NCBI GenBank assembly: GCA_038087875.1
Contig: CM075990.1
Coordinates: 10,728,001-10,788,000, forward strand
Direction: 5' to 3'
DNA length: 60,000 bases
Source of the DNA: Malacoraja senta
Taxonomy: Eukaryota
In this document: positions 35,095 through 49,036 of the stretch, piece after piece
Layout: every line of letters begins with the position of its first letter
Numbering within the stretch: the stretch's first letter is position 1
The notes under the pieces: model-generated
Seen by the model: the letters and a program-made list of their open reading frames with translations, nothing else
What the model was told of the DNA's origin: nothing
Database searches by the model: none
Made by a program: the position numbers and the translations under genes

Positions 35095-35900
35095 AGCTTT
35101 ACTTACTCAGAAGATTACGGAATTCAGCTTGTCTCCAATGACTTACCGATTTCTAAGGTGCACCATAGAAAGCAAATTATCAAATGCACCACAGCTTTTA
35201 TGGAAGTGCTCTGCTTTGCAAAAGATTAAGAAATTGCAGAGTTGTGGACACGGCCCAGTCCATCATACAAATCAGCCTCTTCCCATCTCCACTCTCCCCC
35301 ACCCCATCCCTATTGATTTAATCTACACTTCACACTGTCTTCAATGGCATGTTATCCATTTGATAAATGTACCTTATTGTATTTGCTTGTGCAAGTTGCA
35401 ACACCAGACAGCCTGCAGACCTACACATGGTTAACTTTGTTCCAAATTGGTTGTAAATTTAGTATTGTCCAGTTATATATGAGCAGATGTGACCTATAAA
35501 TCCAATTGAGATCCTCTTTGAAACTTCCTAAAGAGTGGATTGCTTTGGCAACTGCTCTACCCAAGACACCACAAAAAATTGCAGAGATGTGGAGGTATCT
35601 CAAAATATCACGCAAACTATTTACACTGTGTTTCCTTGGGATGCAAAAGCTTTAAAGTACAGAGCACCAGATTCAAGAACGGCTGTTATCAGACTCTTGA
35701 GCTGACACTCATCACCTACCTTATTGTGACCCTGGCACTTTTTTTTACCTGCACTTTATCTAGTTATAATACTATATTCTGCACTCTGTTCCATTTTTCT
35801 TTTGCATTACATGTTGTACTCATGTATAGTATGATTTGCCTGGAAAGTACATAAAGGTTTTGTTCTATATCTTGGTGCACGTGACAATAATAAACCAATA
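35095..35900 (+). mobile_element. Degenerate Rex1-like LINE fragments
   Basis: RCTIES motif; CACCAGATTCAAGAAC; tail CACGTGACAATAATAAAC. Confidence 0.6.
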
Positions 35901-36124
35901 ACAAGAGGGTGAGAAGGGGAAAGGTAAGAGGATGCGGGAGGCAATTGTTTTGTTACACTGTGGTAGATGCTTGGAGCATGCTGCCATTATAATCATACTT
36001 GGAAATTATTGTTGCACTGTCCCAATATGGCGATCAGAGCATGCTCAAGTAGGGTTATAATGGTTCCAGAATTTAAGAATCGAATCAGGATTTGGTCATA
36101 TGCCCTACTAGGAACAGTTACTAA

Positions 36125-36370
<246 letters not shown>

Positions 36371-39300
36371 TAAAATGCATTTTATGTCTAAAAGTTAAAG
36401 GTATGTTCAAATTGATTGGAACTTGCACCAGAACTTTGAATAATTTTGGTTTTGTTCTTTTAAAACAGAAATATGTAAATGCTCTCTTGAAAGGTTATAA
36501 TAAATATTTACCATAAATTTCCACTGACATTTTTCAGAGACAGAAATTTGTGTGCCATCATTTGGCTTTGTTTTTGCGGGGTTTGTATTAAGTTAAATGC
36601 AAGATGTCTATTTCTGCATAAACGGGATGTGTGAAGGGTGAAGTTAATTTTACACAGGGTGTATATAATATCTATGCAGTAATAACTTCTGTATGAGTGC
36701 ATGACAAAGGTACTGCAGTAGTGACAATAATCCAGTGGTTGACATTAAAATGGCTCCATCAGATCCTTTTACCACTTGATAAGGCAAACAGGCCCTGAAC
36801 TCGCCTTCAATAAACAAATGTTAGCACTTCTTTTACTCGGTGTATGGGGGTGCCAAAATGTTGTGCTTTCCCTGAAGAAGGACTTGAACCCACAACCTCC
36901 TGACTCAGGCTATTAATTAAGCTAAAACTAATATCTGTTGTGGCAATATTAATGCCTCCAGGAAAAAGCCCAACCTTTTTTGACCATGGCTACTGATGGT
37001 GCAGGATTGGCAGTACTGTTACGGCTGGTGATGCATAAAAAAGACTTGCCTATGGATCTTCTGGGGTGGGGGAGAGGGGAGAAACCAAAGCTACAGTTAA
37101 ACTTTCTGCTGCAATTAATGCAAACTGAATGGATCAAGACGCCAAAATTGCATCCAGTGCCTGTGAGAGTGTTAATTTTAGCTTCGAGGCCATGATGATT
37201 TGCCAGAAAACTGTGTTAAAACCATGGATTGCGACCAAAAGAGTTTATTACTTGGATATCCATTGGTTCTACTTTAAACTGTCTGAAAATGAATAGGTTG
37301 TGAAAAAGAGAACACTTTCAGCCAGTCTTTGATTTAAACGAATCACACATGACCACGTTAATTAATGCAAAGTCATCAAGTCTTCCATTCTTCACCATTT
37401 ATTCATGGAATAATTATTCTCAGGAGATTCACTAATTTGCTGCAATTCTCAAGCAACGGCAGATGATGCAGGAATGAACATTACGTTTGCAGCTTGAAAG
37501 ACAATAGTTCAAACTAGACGCAAGGTATCTTGTGAATTTGCTGTACTATCATTGGGAATTGAAGGCTGAACTGAGAGAATGGGGAAATCTTAAGGGGCTT
37601 TCACTATCTGTTGGGTTACCTCAGAAGATCAAAGATTGTGCTACAATGCTTTTAGCTATATCAAATTTCATCTGAAAACTTTAAGCGGATCATGGATATC
37701 AAACAAGTTCTACAGATTGTACGAAAGCTTGTGTGCGTTTCTGGGGTTGTTTGTAAATATTTGAAGGACATGTGAAAGCACCAGGTATATTGCAGGTATA
37801 AAACAAGGACATTTGTAATTTTAAATAATCAAGATTCTCTAGAATTACGAGAAAAACAATTCCTCACATTAGCACTGAATCGAGGCTGCATTTACTGGGT
37901 AACTGAAGAGATTTCTGAAAAATGTTGAGCTTCCTAATTGTTGGTTACAAAGTAAAAGATAAACTGCTTCATACCACCCCCGCGTTATTTTGTCCTTGAG
38001 TAGTGGAAGGGGGTGCATAAACGGACTCCAGATTGTCAATGCAGTCTCCGTGAAAATATGTTATGCACAGCTGGGTAAGACGATGGAGGCACGAAGAAAC
38101 AATATGTTGATGTCGTTCCATCTGAAATGGCAGAATGTCTTATTAACTATGTTAAATTAAAATTAATATAATTAAAACTACACTACGGGTACAAATTATT
38201 CAAATATTATTAGTGCCACATCACAGTTGTGCAGAAAGTTAGGAAAATAATGGAAGGTATTACTCCAATAACCATTGCAGTAGTTTAAATAAATGGTGGT
38301 TGAGAAATAAATAAAGTGGAGGATGTTTCATCCTCTGAGATTTCAATGTTTAAGATAAGCTAATAGTTGAAGTTTGTGAAGGAGCTTTAATTGTAAACTT
38401 TTACTGCTACATTATCCAGCAAATGTAATTCTTTTGCTTAATAGCCAGTTAATATCAGGTTGGTTTTGGGACCAAGCTTTTGTGTTCCTTGTCTAACATC
38501 CCATAAATTCTTTAATTAATGATCTAAGATACAACAACGGTCTGCCATTGAAAAAAACATTACTACACTATTGGTTAGTTTAAGCACTGACATCATTCTC
38601 AGAAGCAAGATGGGAATAGACATGTGCAGAGTACAAATACCAACAATTGGTCATCTTTGTGCTGTAATTCAATGCAAGCTTCATCGTGGAAGCTCTCCTA
38701 ATGCAGATCATACCAGAGTGAGGGGGGAGTCTCCCACTAAAATTAATAATAAACTCTTTTGTCTTTTGGGGTTGATTTCCATGTCATTGGACAGGACCAG
38801 CTCTCGAGCTTCAGGTCGGTCTCCAAACCAATCAAGGTAGGATGTTCAAATGCTTCTACAATGATGGTCATCCACTTTTAACATTTTCCTTTAACTGGAA
38901 GATTGTTGTTAAAGGGCGAGTTGCCATATTTGGTGCCTTGAAAGACCCCCACCATTGGTATCCAATTCCTTTTCTTTGGCATATCTCAGTGAGTTAGAAA
39001 ATCCCCGATCCACCAAATAAATTTGAATGAATGTAACCATTAACATTATTTTCAGATGAAATTATGCCTAAGAATGAATATTTCCCCTGTTATAAAATCT
39101 TAATTTGTGCAGTTTTTGTTAGTGGACAGGAATTATGAGCAGTACCTCAATTCAAATGTCTCTGAGCAGTTTTAGAGTGGAATCTGTTAACTACACTGTT
39201 GTAGATTAACCATTTTGGCATGGTAATCAGCAGTACTATTCACAATACACATCTGTTGCTACTAAGTGTGCATTGCAGTAGTTAATGAAAACCTCAATCT

Positions 39301-39996
39301 AATGGAACACAAAGAGCAACCCTCCCTACTTCTACAAAACCTTCTGGCATCTCTACATAGTAATGGCGCTGAACCTCTATTCTGGAACAAAACTGGCATC
39401 CAGATTTGATTCTTTCAGGTTCAGGATGGATTACTTAATGGCCTAGAGTCTGGTTATGTACAAGGGCTGTTATGTAAGTGTTACTCCCAGAAAAGTTCAC
39501 ATGACGTCTAGGACCAAATACATGACCAGGATATTTCCCTTTGGTCTCTTCATCTCAATTCGAACTGCCAAGTCAACCACTGGAATAGAAAACCCGCCAC
39601 TACCAACATTCTTCAAATCTTGCATTGTTCAGACTGAAGATTTATCGGTAACAACTTTATGAATCTCATAATCAAACAGAACTCTTTTTAACAATTGTGA
39701 AGTATGAAGGCAAGCACTCAGACTGGTAATTTGCAATTGATAATTTTGATGGATTTATTGGTTATTTCTTTTGTCGTCACTGCACTGAAGAATGCAGCAA
39801 TGGCACAACATTTTTCTCTCCATTTTTTAATCTGGATCATTTATGCAGGAGGCTTGTGTGGGAATTGCAAGGGATAAGAGACCCTCGGAGCAGCAAACGG
39901 CATCAAAAGTTCAATGGAGGCATGGTATTAGAAATGTATGGAAGAGAATAAACATGCAGTAAATTATTTAAACATGGAAGAGACTATCCACCAACA

Positions 39997-40230
39997 ATAC
40001 AGCTGGTAGAGCTGCTGTGTCACAATACCAGAGACCTGGGTACGATCCTGACCTTGGATACTGTCTGGAGTTTACATTCTCTCTGTGACTACATGGGTTT
40101 CCTCCCACATCCCGCAGGTTAATTGAACTCTGTAAAATGACCTTCGAAGAGTGGATGGATGAGATAACAAAACTAGTAAGCTGGTGATCGATGGGCCAAA
40201 GGGCCTGTTACAATCCAATATCTTTAAACC
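39997..40230 (+). mobile_element. HE1-like SINE
   Basis: CAGCTGGTAGAGCTGCTG..GAGACCTGGGTACGATCCTGACC..TGGGCCAAAGGGCCTGT. Confidence 0.7.
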
Positions 40231-40552
40231 AAACTATGTTTAAATTTGTATTAGTGATTAGAAAAAAATCATTAAGGAATAAAAAATGTAGTCTCGTATT
40301 TAGTGCAGGACAACCTCAGCATTCTGTGGTTGTGCTGCTTCTTGGAAATTAAATGGGAAAGAGAAGTTGGTTTTAAATTGTTATCATCTACTTCAAATAT
40401 TTATCCACTTTTCCCATGAAAGTGCCAGGAGTCTCCTAACAATGTCTAAAATGTGTATGTTGCATTGAAACTAACTTAATCACTAATAACTAGACTTGAG
40501 CAGCTGCGAAGCATTACAAGATTTTGCCTTTTGCACAATTAACCTTATGTGA

Positions 40553-40762
<210 letters not shown>

Positions 40763-42453
40763 TAATCCTTTTTTAATAACAATTTGAAACAGCATTTTGT
40801 TCAGCAATGCAGAAAAGTGTGAATGTGTGTTCAAAAAGTAAATGAGAAAGTACAAAATATTCGTTCGGTTATCACAAACATGACCAGATGGTTGAAGTGT
40901 AAACTTTTGATTACATTTTTATAGCACTCCTCCCAAATAAGGAAAATGTTTTGAAATCTACTTGTGGAAAATCAGAAAACAACCTTGATACTGTGCATCT
41001 TTTGCAGGGTTTTTTTGTGATTTTACTAAAACATTGAAAGTTTAGATTTTTAAAGAAAATTGTGACATTTAACAGTCTAGTGGAAAATATATCATGCTAG
41101 ACAAATGACTTCATGTAATTGTGGTTACGTATTCCTTTTGTTAAGCTAGTGTATTGGTTTCACATTCAGTGTGTAAAAGAACAACAGAAAATTGAAACAG
41201 CAATATTGCTGCATATGTTTCCTCCAATACCATTTGCTGTTGTTTCATATGTGACAGTTTAAGAAAAACTATTTAAAAAATATCTGGATGTTCTGAGGCA
41301 GGTAATTCTAAAGAAACACATGGGCTCTTTAAAGTATGTTAAATATTGTGGAAGGAGGGTCATTGTTCAATAAGACCATGAAAATAATGTGGCTGTAATT
41401 TGAACCTATAACCTGTGCACGAGTTTCCAGTTTTACCCAAGTGGGCTTAAATGAATGCTTTTGCCTCACAGCTCCAATGATTCAGCTTTTCTATCTACCT
41501 TGGATGCTACTCTCTTGTAAGCAGTTGGATTCCCAACATCCCCTCTACACGTGCTAATCTTTTTTTTTATATCTCAAGTGTAGATAAGTGGTAAAAAAGA
41601 AACAAGGGCGAGTTACTGGGCATATTAGAACAAGTTGTAAGATCACAAGGGAACCTAAATGGAAGTTGGCATGAACAGTGGGCTGAACGGCTGCCAGGTG
41701 TCAGTGGAACCCTGGGCTCTGTGTGACCAACTTTTAATTTCTCTTATAATTAAAGGGCAGAATAAAGCACATGTTCTTTCTCTTTGTTCATTGAAGTTGT
41801 ACACATGGACGATGACAAGTTTTAAATAAATAAATGTAGATTAATCACCTTGTCATGCACATTTGTAAAGAGATATCAAATACTGCAGATTTTGGAGGTA
41901 CTCAACAAGTTAGGCAGCATAAGTAGATAAGAACAGATCATAAGTCTGAAATGAAGCATCTTTTCCTAATGGAGATGCTCAAGTTGGGAAAATTATACCA
42001 TGTTGCTGAAGGAATTAAGTGTAACCATAACATTTATTTGGGCTAGATGTTTAGACAAAATGTCATGTGTGCCTACCGTAATGGAACATTTAGAACTATT
42101 CTGAAATGCCAGTGCATTATTCAAGTAATTTATTAACTTGAATTCCTTGGATCCTAATTATTGTAATTCATTCAACTGAGTGAGGTCTGTTGGCCATGAC
42201 AAAAGACATGTTTACAGCAAGTTGACAAAATTCACCTTAAATGTTCCCAAAGATTTATCACTGCATAGGCGCCACTAGTCTGTTTCTATTGTCTTTTAGC
42301 TGGAACGCGCCATTGTGACCTTCCAGGCCCAGACAATTTGTTTCAGAATAAGATTTTGCATAAATGTGATGTATAACTTAATTTGCTTTTTCAATATAAA
42401 TTCAATAATGAAAGCTACTTACTACAACTCCTCACAGATCACCTAGTTAAATC

Positions 42454-42494
42454 AATAAACCACAGCTAAATGTCTTTACATTTTGATATTTATT
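42454..42494. terminator. Candidate convergent polyadenylation signals (macroH2A2 +, GBF1 -)
   Basis: AATAAA on + at 42454-42459 and on - at 42489-42494; other + AATAAA at about 41761 and 41825. Confidence 0.4.
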
Positions 42495-43781
42495 ACTGTA
42501 AAAAGTACATTTAAATTTTCTTTAAACCATTCTTTCTATATACATTACCTATGTCTACTATCCCTCCCTCATTCTCATCCAGAGAATGTGGGACAGATCA
42601 TTTAAGTTTTACCATAACCACAGAAAGTCTTGTTGTCATTTTGCACACATTAAATTAAAATCTTTGTGAAATGTACAAAATTTAGAACAATGTAGATTCT
42701 GTTGGTCTCAAATTACACAAGCTTTGGCCTTCATGCCTATTTATGTTTTGGGTCATTTACAGCTAATTCAGGCTTTATGGGAAGCAAACAGGACAGGAAT
42801 GTAAAGCAAGCTCAACATATCCGCCAGCATTATTTTTTATATTACAATTTCACATCTCTAAATATAATGGTACAAGTGAAAATTTTAACCACTGCAAATT
42901 CATTTATATTTATACACTTAATGTTTTACACTAGGTTTCCATTTAATATGCAGTACAGAAACTTCCTAGAAACTGCGGACAATTGGAAATACAAACCAAA
43001 ACAATTGACCAAAAATTATTAATTGGGGTGAAAATCTAAAGTTGACAAACTTACATTTGACCAAGATCTTTGCATTTGACAACAAAAATGAGCCAAGTCC
43101 TGGGAAAGGAAATAAGCTACTACGAAATGGAACTTAACATGAGTTTTCAAAGGGTGGAATACTTTGACTATCACATTTGGGTTAGGTAAAACATCCATCC
43201 TGCTGCATGATATTTTAAAAAATCATGCATTTTATTACTGTAACAAAGTTGTTTATCTCTTGTTCTTTTGTTTTATGCAACCTGAGTATCAGGGTCCTGT
43301 TGTAGCCCTTCACATTGTCACTTGTCTTCTAAAAATTACTTTAAACATATCAGTTAAATAAAGGGCTACTATACAGATAACTTAATGTTAGTTTACAGCC
43401 AAAAAACACATTTTCATGTTCATTATAATGTGGCAAACAGCATTTTAGAAACATTGATAACTTGAGCAGATAATGAATAAAACATTGCAATGCACCACAG
43501 ATGGCTTTTGCCTTCGGTCATACTCTACATTGAATGTTTGACAGTATTTGGCGCTCAATATGGCTAATGCTCCAAAAATAAATAATGGTATCTGTGGAGC
43601 AATACATTCTTTGCAGTGATGGATGCATGATTTCTTCACACAAATTGAACATTAGAGTCAGTGACCGGTTTGAAAAGTTGAGAAATTATTTTTTTAAAAG
43701 CTTGACAAAAAGAAGTATATTGTCATAATACAAAACAGAAGAACATGTTAAATAAACTGATCCTTTCCTAATCTAGAGGAA

Positions 43782-44047
43782 TTAGTTCACTTCAGATGCC
43801 GTCGACGTGTTGGCAGGACGGGGTGGAGACAACAGTGGGACAGGAGATGTCGCTTCAATTAAAGCAGGATTAAGTATAATTGGTAAAGGCATAGGTGGAA
43901 CACCAACTTGAAGTGATGAAGTAAGAGGGTGCAGAATTAAAGGGGACTGTGCAATTGACTGATTAACATCTGGCCCGACATTCATCTTCACTGGTGTAGA
44001 GAGTGGAGTAAGGCTGGGAGTCCCTCCAACTTGGATGTGTTCAGAAT
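43782..44047 (-). CDS. GBF1: GBF1 terminal coding exon
   Basis: ...LQVGVPPMPLPIILNPALIEATSPVPLL...SEVN*, matching the vertebrate GBF1 C-terminus. Confidence 0.95.
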
Positions 44048-45044
44048 CTGAGGACAAAAAATATAATTAGCGTTCATATTTAACTGAAAATCATTTAATA
44101 GGTTAAAACCAACATGCCATGATTATATTGATTATTAACAGCAGAGTTTGTATTTTGAAACCTGAAGATGCTGACTTCCTGCTGAATGGCAGAGCAGGAA
44201 TTGGACATTGTTGCTAGTCTTCAGATGGAAGCACAGAAACGGGGACTTGTTTAGAGGTGATAGGAGGTGTAGTGTTTGAAATATGCAAAATTGCATTTGC
44301 ATTTGAGATAATAGTTCATGTTACTCAAACAAAATCTTCATTAACCAAGTGTCATTTTTGGCTCCCGTTTAAGTTATGTAATGAAATGACATACCACACT
44401 ATTCAAATGTTTTATCTTTAAGTGCTTATTTCTCCACATGATTGAGTCATTGTTGCTGTTTTTAAAAAGCGTACGGTGCTATTTACTAACTTAATTTGGT
44501 ATGTAATTTACAGGGTGCCATTTAAAAAAAAAAAACGAATTTCACAGACCACAAATGGGTTCACTTAATGGATGGATCAGTACATTCTTGAGCCAGTTTT
44601 GTGGATTTTGAATGGCATCTTTTAAAATTAGTACAAAAGATCACAAACTTGATTTGTAAAGGAAAATATTTTCGCCCGAAATTCCTCTCTTGCATTGCTT
44701 CAGATGGCTCTACATTAAATCGCACATTGACACAAACAGCTCATCGCTGCAGAAGTAACATAGTCCAAAAGCAGATATCAAGTCTTAGCTAGTCGAGGTG
44801 TGGGGGTGCAGTTAATTTAAATATCTTCGTGTCAATTACTTTAGATTTCATAAGTGAGATTATAAAACAAATCCACAATCTTCAATGTATCTAAGTAAAT
44901 GTTAATATAAACATTAATTTCATACAGATTATTAAAGGAACAGACTATTCTAGGTATAAAATCTTTACATATTCCGGTAGAGATTTACCCCATGATTTCA
45001 AAATCTCATCTGAAAATTTGATTCATCATTTCTTGAGTTTTTTT

Positions 45045-45890
45045 ACTAAAATTGTTCACCAATCTGACATCTTTTTTAAATCTAACGTGCTTAAGTGAGC
45101 TGATGACGTCACAATGCCTTTGCTCCTCGCGGCCAGCTGCGCAGAGTTTTCAACGCGCAGCCATGAGCTGCAAGTTACGTGGCCCAGCCACCCGCCACCC
45201 CCCCCCCCCCCAGCTCTGGATTGAAGCCGTTGAACACGTGATCAAGTCGCACCCCGCTGGGCTCCTTGAAGTTCTACAACATGGCGGCTGCGGACAAACG
45301 CAGTGGAAAAGTCGCCATGGCAGCCATCACAGGGGACGACCTTTCCCCCGCCCAATCGTCTGTCACGCTGGTGGGTGAGCTTCCCTTCACGGAAGCCACG
45401 ATCGGCCGGCCCTCCACTACTTTTCACCGTCCTCAGATCGCTCCGGGCCTTGCTCTGGTTTCACCCCTGCCGCAGCCTAGCTCGGGCCCTGCGCCTGGTG
45501 GGGAGGCCTGCTCTACGACCAGAGAGAGAGGGTGGGAGGGGGGAGCAGGGGTAGGGGGCCCACCCTCTGCCCCCCCTTCCCTCTCTTGGGAGTGGTGAAT
45601 ATTGGGACCTTTGGGTGAGTGGTGGAGTATTGCGTTCGGGAACCAGCCCTCCCCTGTGACGACACGCCCCCCCCACCCCTCAATCTCTGCCCCCATCCCT
45701 CCCTCTAGCCGCGCCTGCGCAGTTGGGGGTTATGCGTGAGTGGATAGGGCAGGGGATGGGGTAAAAGGAGAGAATGAATAATAACATAATATCGGGGGGG
45801 GGGGGTTAGTGTGTGTGTTTCACCGAAGGCCCCCCACCCCACGCAACCGCACGTTGAGGGGACGGAACCCAACGGGTCCCCCCGGTCTAG
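45045..45890 (+). mobile_element. Helitron-like non-autonomous element (5' end uncertain)
   Basis: 3' hairpin ACCC-AAC-GGGT followed by CTAG|T at 45887-45891; GC-rich body in an AT-rich intron. Confidence 0.55.
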
Positions 45891-46959
45891 TTTCCACTAA
45901 AACAATTGATACATGAAAACCTATTTTGAAAACCTACTGCTTCCCATTTGTATCTACATAAAGGATTAATCTTGCAAATGATGCAAAATGTGAATCTAAA
46001 GCAGTTACAAGAGTGTGTTCCAGTAGATCACACAGGTGTCAGGAACTTTGCAACATGCGGAATGTGGGGACACATTAATTTAGTAAACATACTCCAACCA
46101 CCCATGGGATAAATACAATAATAAATATATCCTTTTATTGAAGAAGGATCCTCTTTCACTGGAACACAGTCCCGATAATGAATTAAGATTAGATTAGTGT
46201 AAAAGAACTAAAATTGACAAAATCAATGATAATTAGGTGAATTAATTTCATTTGAATAATGGTATTTTAAATTAAACCATTCGTCATTTAAGACATTTCT
46301 TACGTGGCTATCTCAATTTCATCAACTTAAAAGGTAATATTGTATTAATCAAAATGATTTGGAAAGAAAAGTTTCATTTTTTCTGGAACCGCTTAAAGAC
46401 TATTTTTTTTTTTGAAGCAGTCAGAACGCTGCAAGGTCCAAGAAATCTGACCACTTGCAATAACTTGATTTTTCTCATTACTAGGTTGCGTTTCTCACTG
46501 GCTGGCCAGTATTACTCAATCTACTATGATTTCCAAAATATTTTGAATCGCTCCATGTATTCTGCTAAGGAATATCTTTATCTTTGTTAAATCGTTGGCA
46601 TAATTCTTTGCCCTCAAGGGTGATTGGGATTTGACACCAAATTTAGTTTAATAAAGTATTTGACAATTTATTACTGCATGGCGAGCCAACACTGTATGCC
46701 CAAGCTCTGCTGTGGGACTTTTACCCAAATCTCTTGATTCATAGTGACTGGACTAAATTGTGCTGAGAGTAACAATGCCTGCAACAATTGTGATGGCAAG
46801 AGCCAACTGGAGAAAAAAAAAAGGAAAGTTGGACAACTTAAGGCAGGAAACCATAAATCAAATCTAAAGTTCAATTTCAGCGACTTTTTATAATAAAAAG
46901 ATGGAATATGACTTTGTACACCAAAGCCCTCCTGGCCTGAAAACGACTCCTTTGCTCAC

Positions 46960-47100
46960 CTTTGGCACAAGCCTCTGTGGGTTTTTCTGATGCTGAAATA
47001 TGACCAGATGGATTTGTATCTGAACCAGGGAGTATAGATGCTTGTCCACTAAGATGCTGCATTGAATTAGAAGATGGGTCTGGTACACCAAGGACAGGAT
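46960..47100 (-). CDS. GBF1: GBF1 penultimate exon
   Basis: (D)PVLGVPDPSSNS...TEACAK; 141 bp, phase 1-1, joins both neighbours in frame. Confidence 0.85.
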
Positions 47101-47665
47101 CTACAAAATTAAAAATCATCAGCGTAATATATATTTAGCTTTTTACCCAAAAAATTTGCAACTCCAATATTATTCCAACAACAATAACACTTCCAGAGAT
47201 GCGCTGAATAATCAATGGCCATAATTTCGGAAGCATACAGTGATTAACAAACATTGAAAATATGCCCTGAAAAAGAGCAGTTATAACAGCACAGTACCCT
47301 TTATAACACAGAAGAACCCTGATATATTGAGGGTAAACAATAAAATTGGGAAGTAAAATATAACAAACGTCACCAAATTGTGCAGGACAAGGGGGATTAT
47401 TAAAATGTAGAAATTTTTATTGTATGTGTAGACACTGCCGATTACTATTTCAGTTTCACAATTGGCCAATATAATGGTACTGGTTCATACCAGCTGACGC
47501 ACCAAAAATTGTGTATGCCCACACTCATGCACAGTATGTTGACATCAACTAAAATTAATTGCATACTGTGTCGAGTGGACTGAAGTAAAAATCTTCCATG
47601 AACCAAAAGAATGATCATACCAGACGGCCCCGTATTCAAATACTGAGGCAGCATTAGGGGACATA

Positions 47666-47702
47666 CAGTGCATTCTGAAAGTATTCAGATCCCTTCACTT
47701 TT
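47666..47702 (+). mobile_element. Isolated Tc1 TIR fragment
   Basis: TA-CAGTGCATTCTGAAAGTATTCAGA matches the TIR of the 49037-50752 element. Confidence 0.7.
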
Positions 47703-48021
47703 CCTGCCGCCACACGCCTGAAGTGGCCACAAACTCTGCCATTTCAGGCATCTCTACTTTCTCATTAGCTCTACTGTATTATCTGTACTTTCACTGATAT
47801 TAATTGGTCCATTTTAGAGTGATCCCCAAGGGAGCTGGCTAATTAATGCAAACTTCTTTTTGTTATTGATTCTGTTTTCCAACCTGACCACATCCTACTT
47901 TATATCAGTATTGCTGAAAATGTGGGAGCATTTCCTTTTACCTTAATTTAGGAATACGCTTAATTTACATGCAAGGGGGGCATCAAATTAAAAAGTTAAA
48001 CATGGAGCATATGTTTTTCAC

Positions 48022-48199
48022 CTTGAATAACAGTTTGTTTGAAGAGTTCATCCTTTAGACGAGGCAAGAAACAATCGATTCTTTCCCATGTAATCTCCCA
48101 AAGCTGGGAATAACCAGTCCTCGACTCAGCACAGTGGAAAATGCCAGCTGTATCCATGACCAGTAGCATATTCTTTAGTGATTCTGGAATTGCTTCCAA
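48022..48199 (-). CDS. GBF1: GBF1 exon
   Basis: LEAIPESLKNMLLVMDTAGIFH...LWEITWERIDCFLPRLKDELFKQTVIQ. Confidence 0.96.
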
Positions 48200-48544
48200 C
48201 TGAAAGGAAACACATTATCAACATTCCACAGCAGAATGAAAAATGTACAAATTATAGAATATTTGTAGCAAATTCCACTGGAATTAAGTTTTTCTCACTT
48301 GACAAGATAATTCATTTTATACGTTGAGAATGAGATGCTTCAAGGCTGGGTCTGCATGAATTGAATGCAAAACTGACCCCACTGCTGTTTTTTTTTAATT
48401 TTAGAGTCAACAGGTTTGGGCAAAAATATTTCCTGTGCTGTCACTCTATTGATGATTAGATCCTAAATCTGAACATTCAGAATAAATATATAACATTCAA
48501 TGGTAACTAGTAAGGAAAAAAGGTCAAAAACCTTCATCATCATA

Positions 48545-49036
48545 TCATATACCTATTCAAAGTCTGATCTTGTATGTGTGTTTATTTGTTGGTGTATAAT
48601 CACATCTTCTCGAAAAACCGACTCGCTTGCGGTAACATTATTACATATTCCGGTAGAATTTTTTTCCGTGGAGTCCAAAATCGCCTCATCTCAAATATTC
48701 ATGCTTTATTTCTCGTTATTAATGAAAATGTTCAAAAATCTGAAAATACTTTGGGGGAAAAAACAGTCTTCTTGCTCGCGCTGCGAGTGATGTCACCGGG
48801 GGGTTGACGTCCCCCCCCCCCCCCCCCCCCAGCCCCCGCCCCCCAGACCACTCCCTCCCGTACTCGGGCCCTGAAGTAATTTACTGGCTGAATATTAAAG
48901 GTTTTCGTTTTTCAAAATTAAGCAGTATTTTGTATCAGATAAAGAGAATCTAATTTTCTAATATTTTTGTTTACACGACTATGTAAGTTTGTTAATTATT
49001 TGCACTATCACAACGTGAATAGTTGTGTGTAGCTAG
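48545..49036 (+). mobile_element. Helitron-like non-autonomous element
   Basis: A|TC 5' end, imperfect 3' hairpin CTATCAC-AAC-GTGAATAG, CTAG|T end, no TSD. Confidence 0.55.

Noticed and set aside
38790..39030. Short motifs resembling a viral L polymerase (GRMF, +) or a DDE transposase (VDRGF, -)
   Set aside because: Four to five residue matches without the expected neighbouring motifs; not supportable.
45052..45696. GC-rich ORF cluster or CpG island as a nested gene
   Set aside because: Better explained as the body of a Helitron-like repeat.
46671..46874. Possible extra GBF1 exon (pyrimidine tract + AG near 46808)
   Set aside because: The flanking exons already join in phase 1; this segment has a stop in that phase and no GBF1 similarity.
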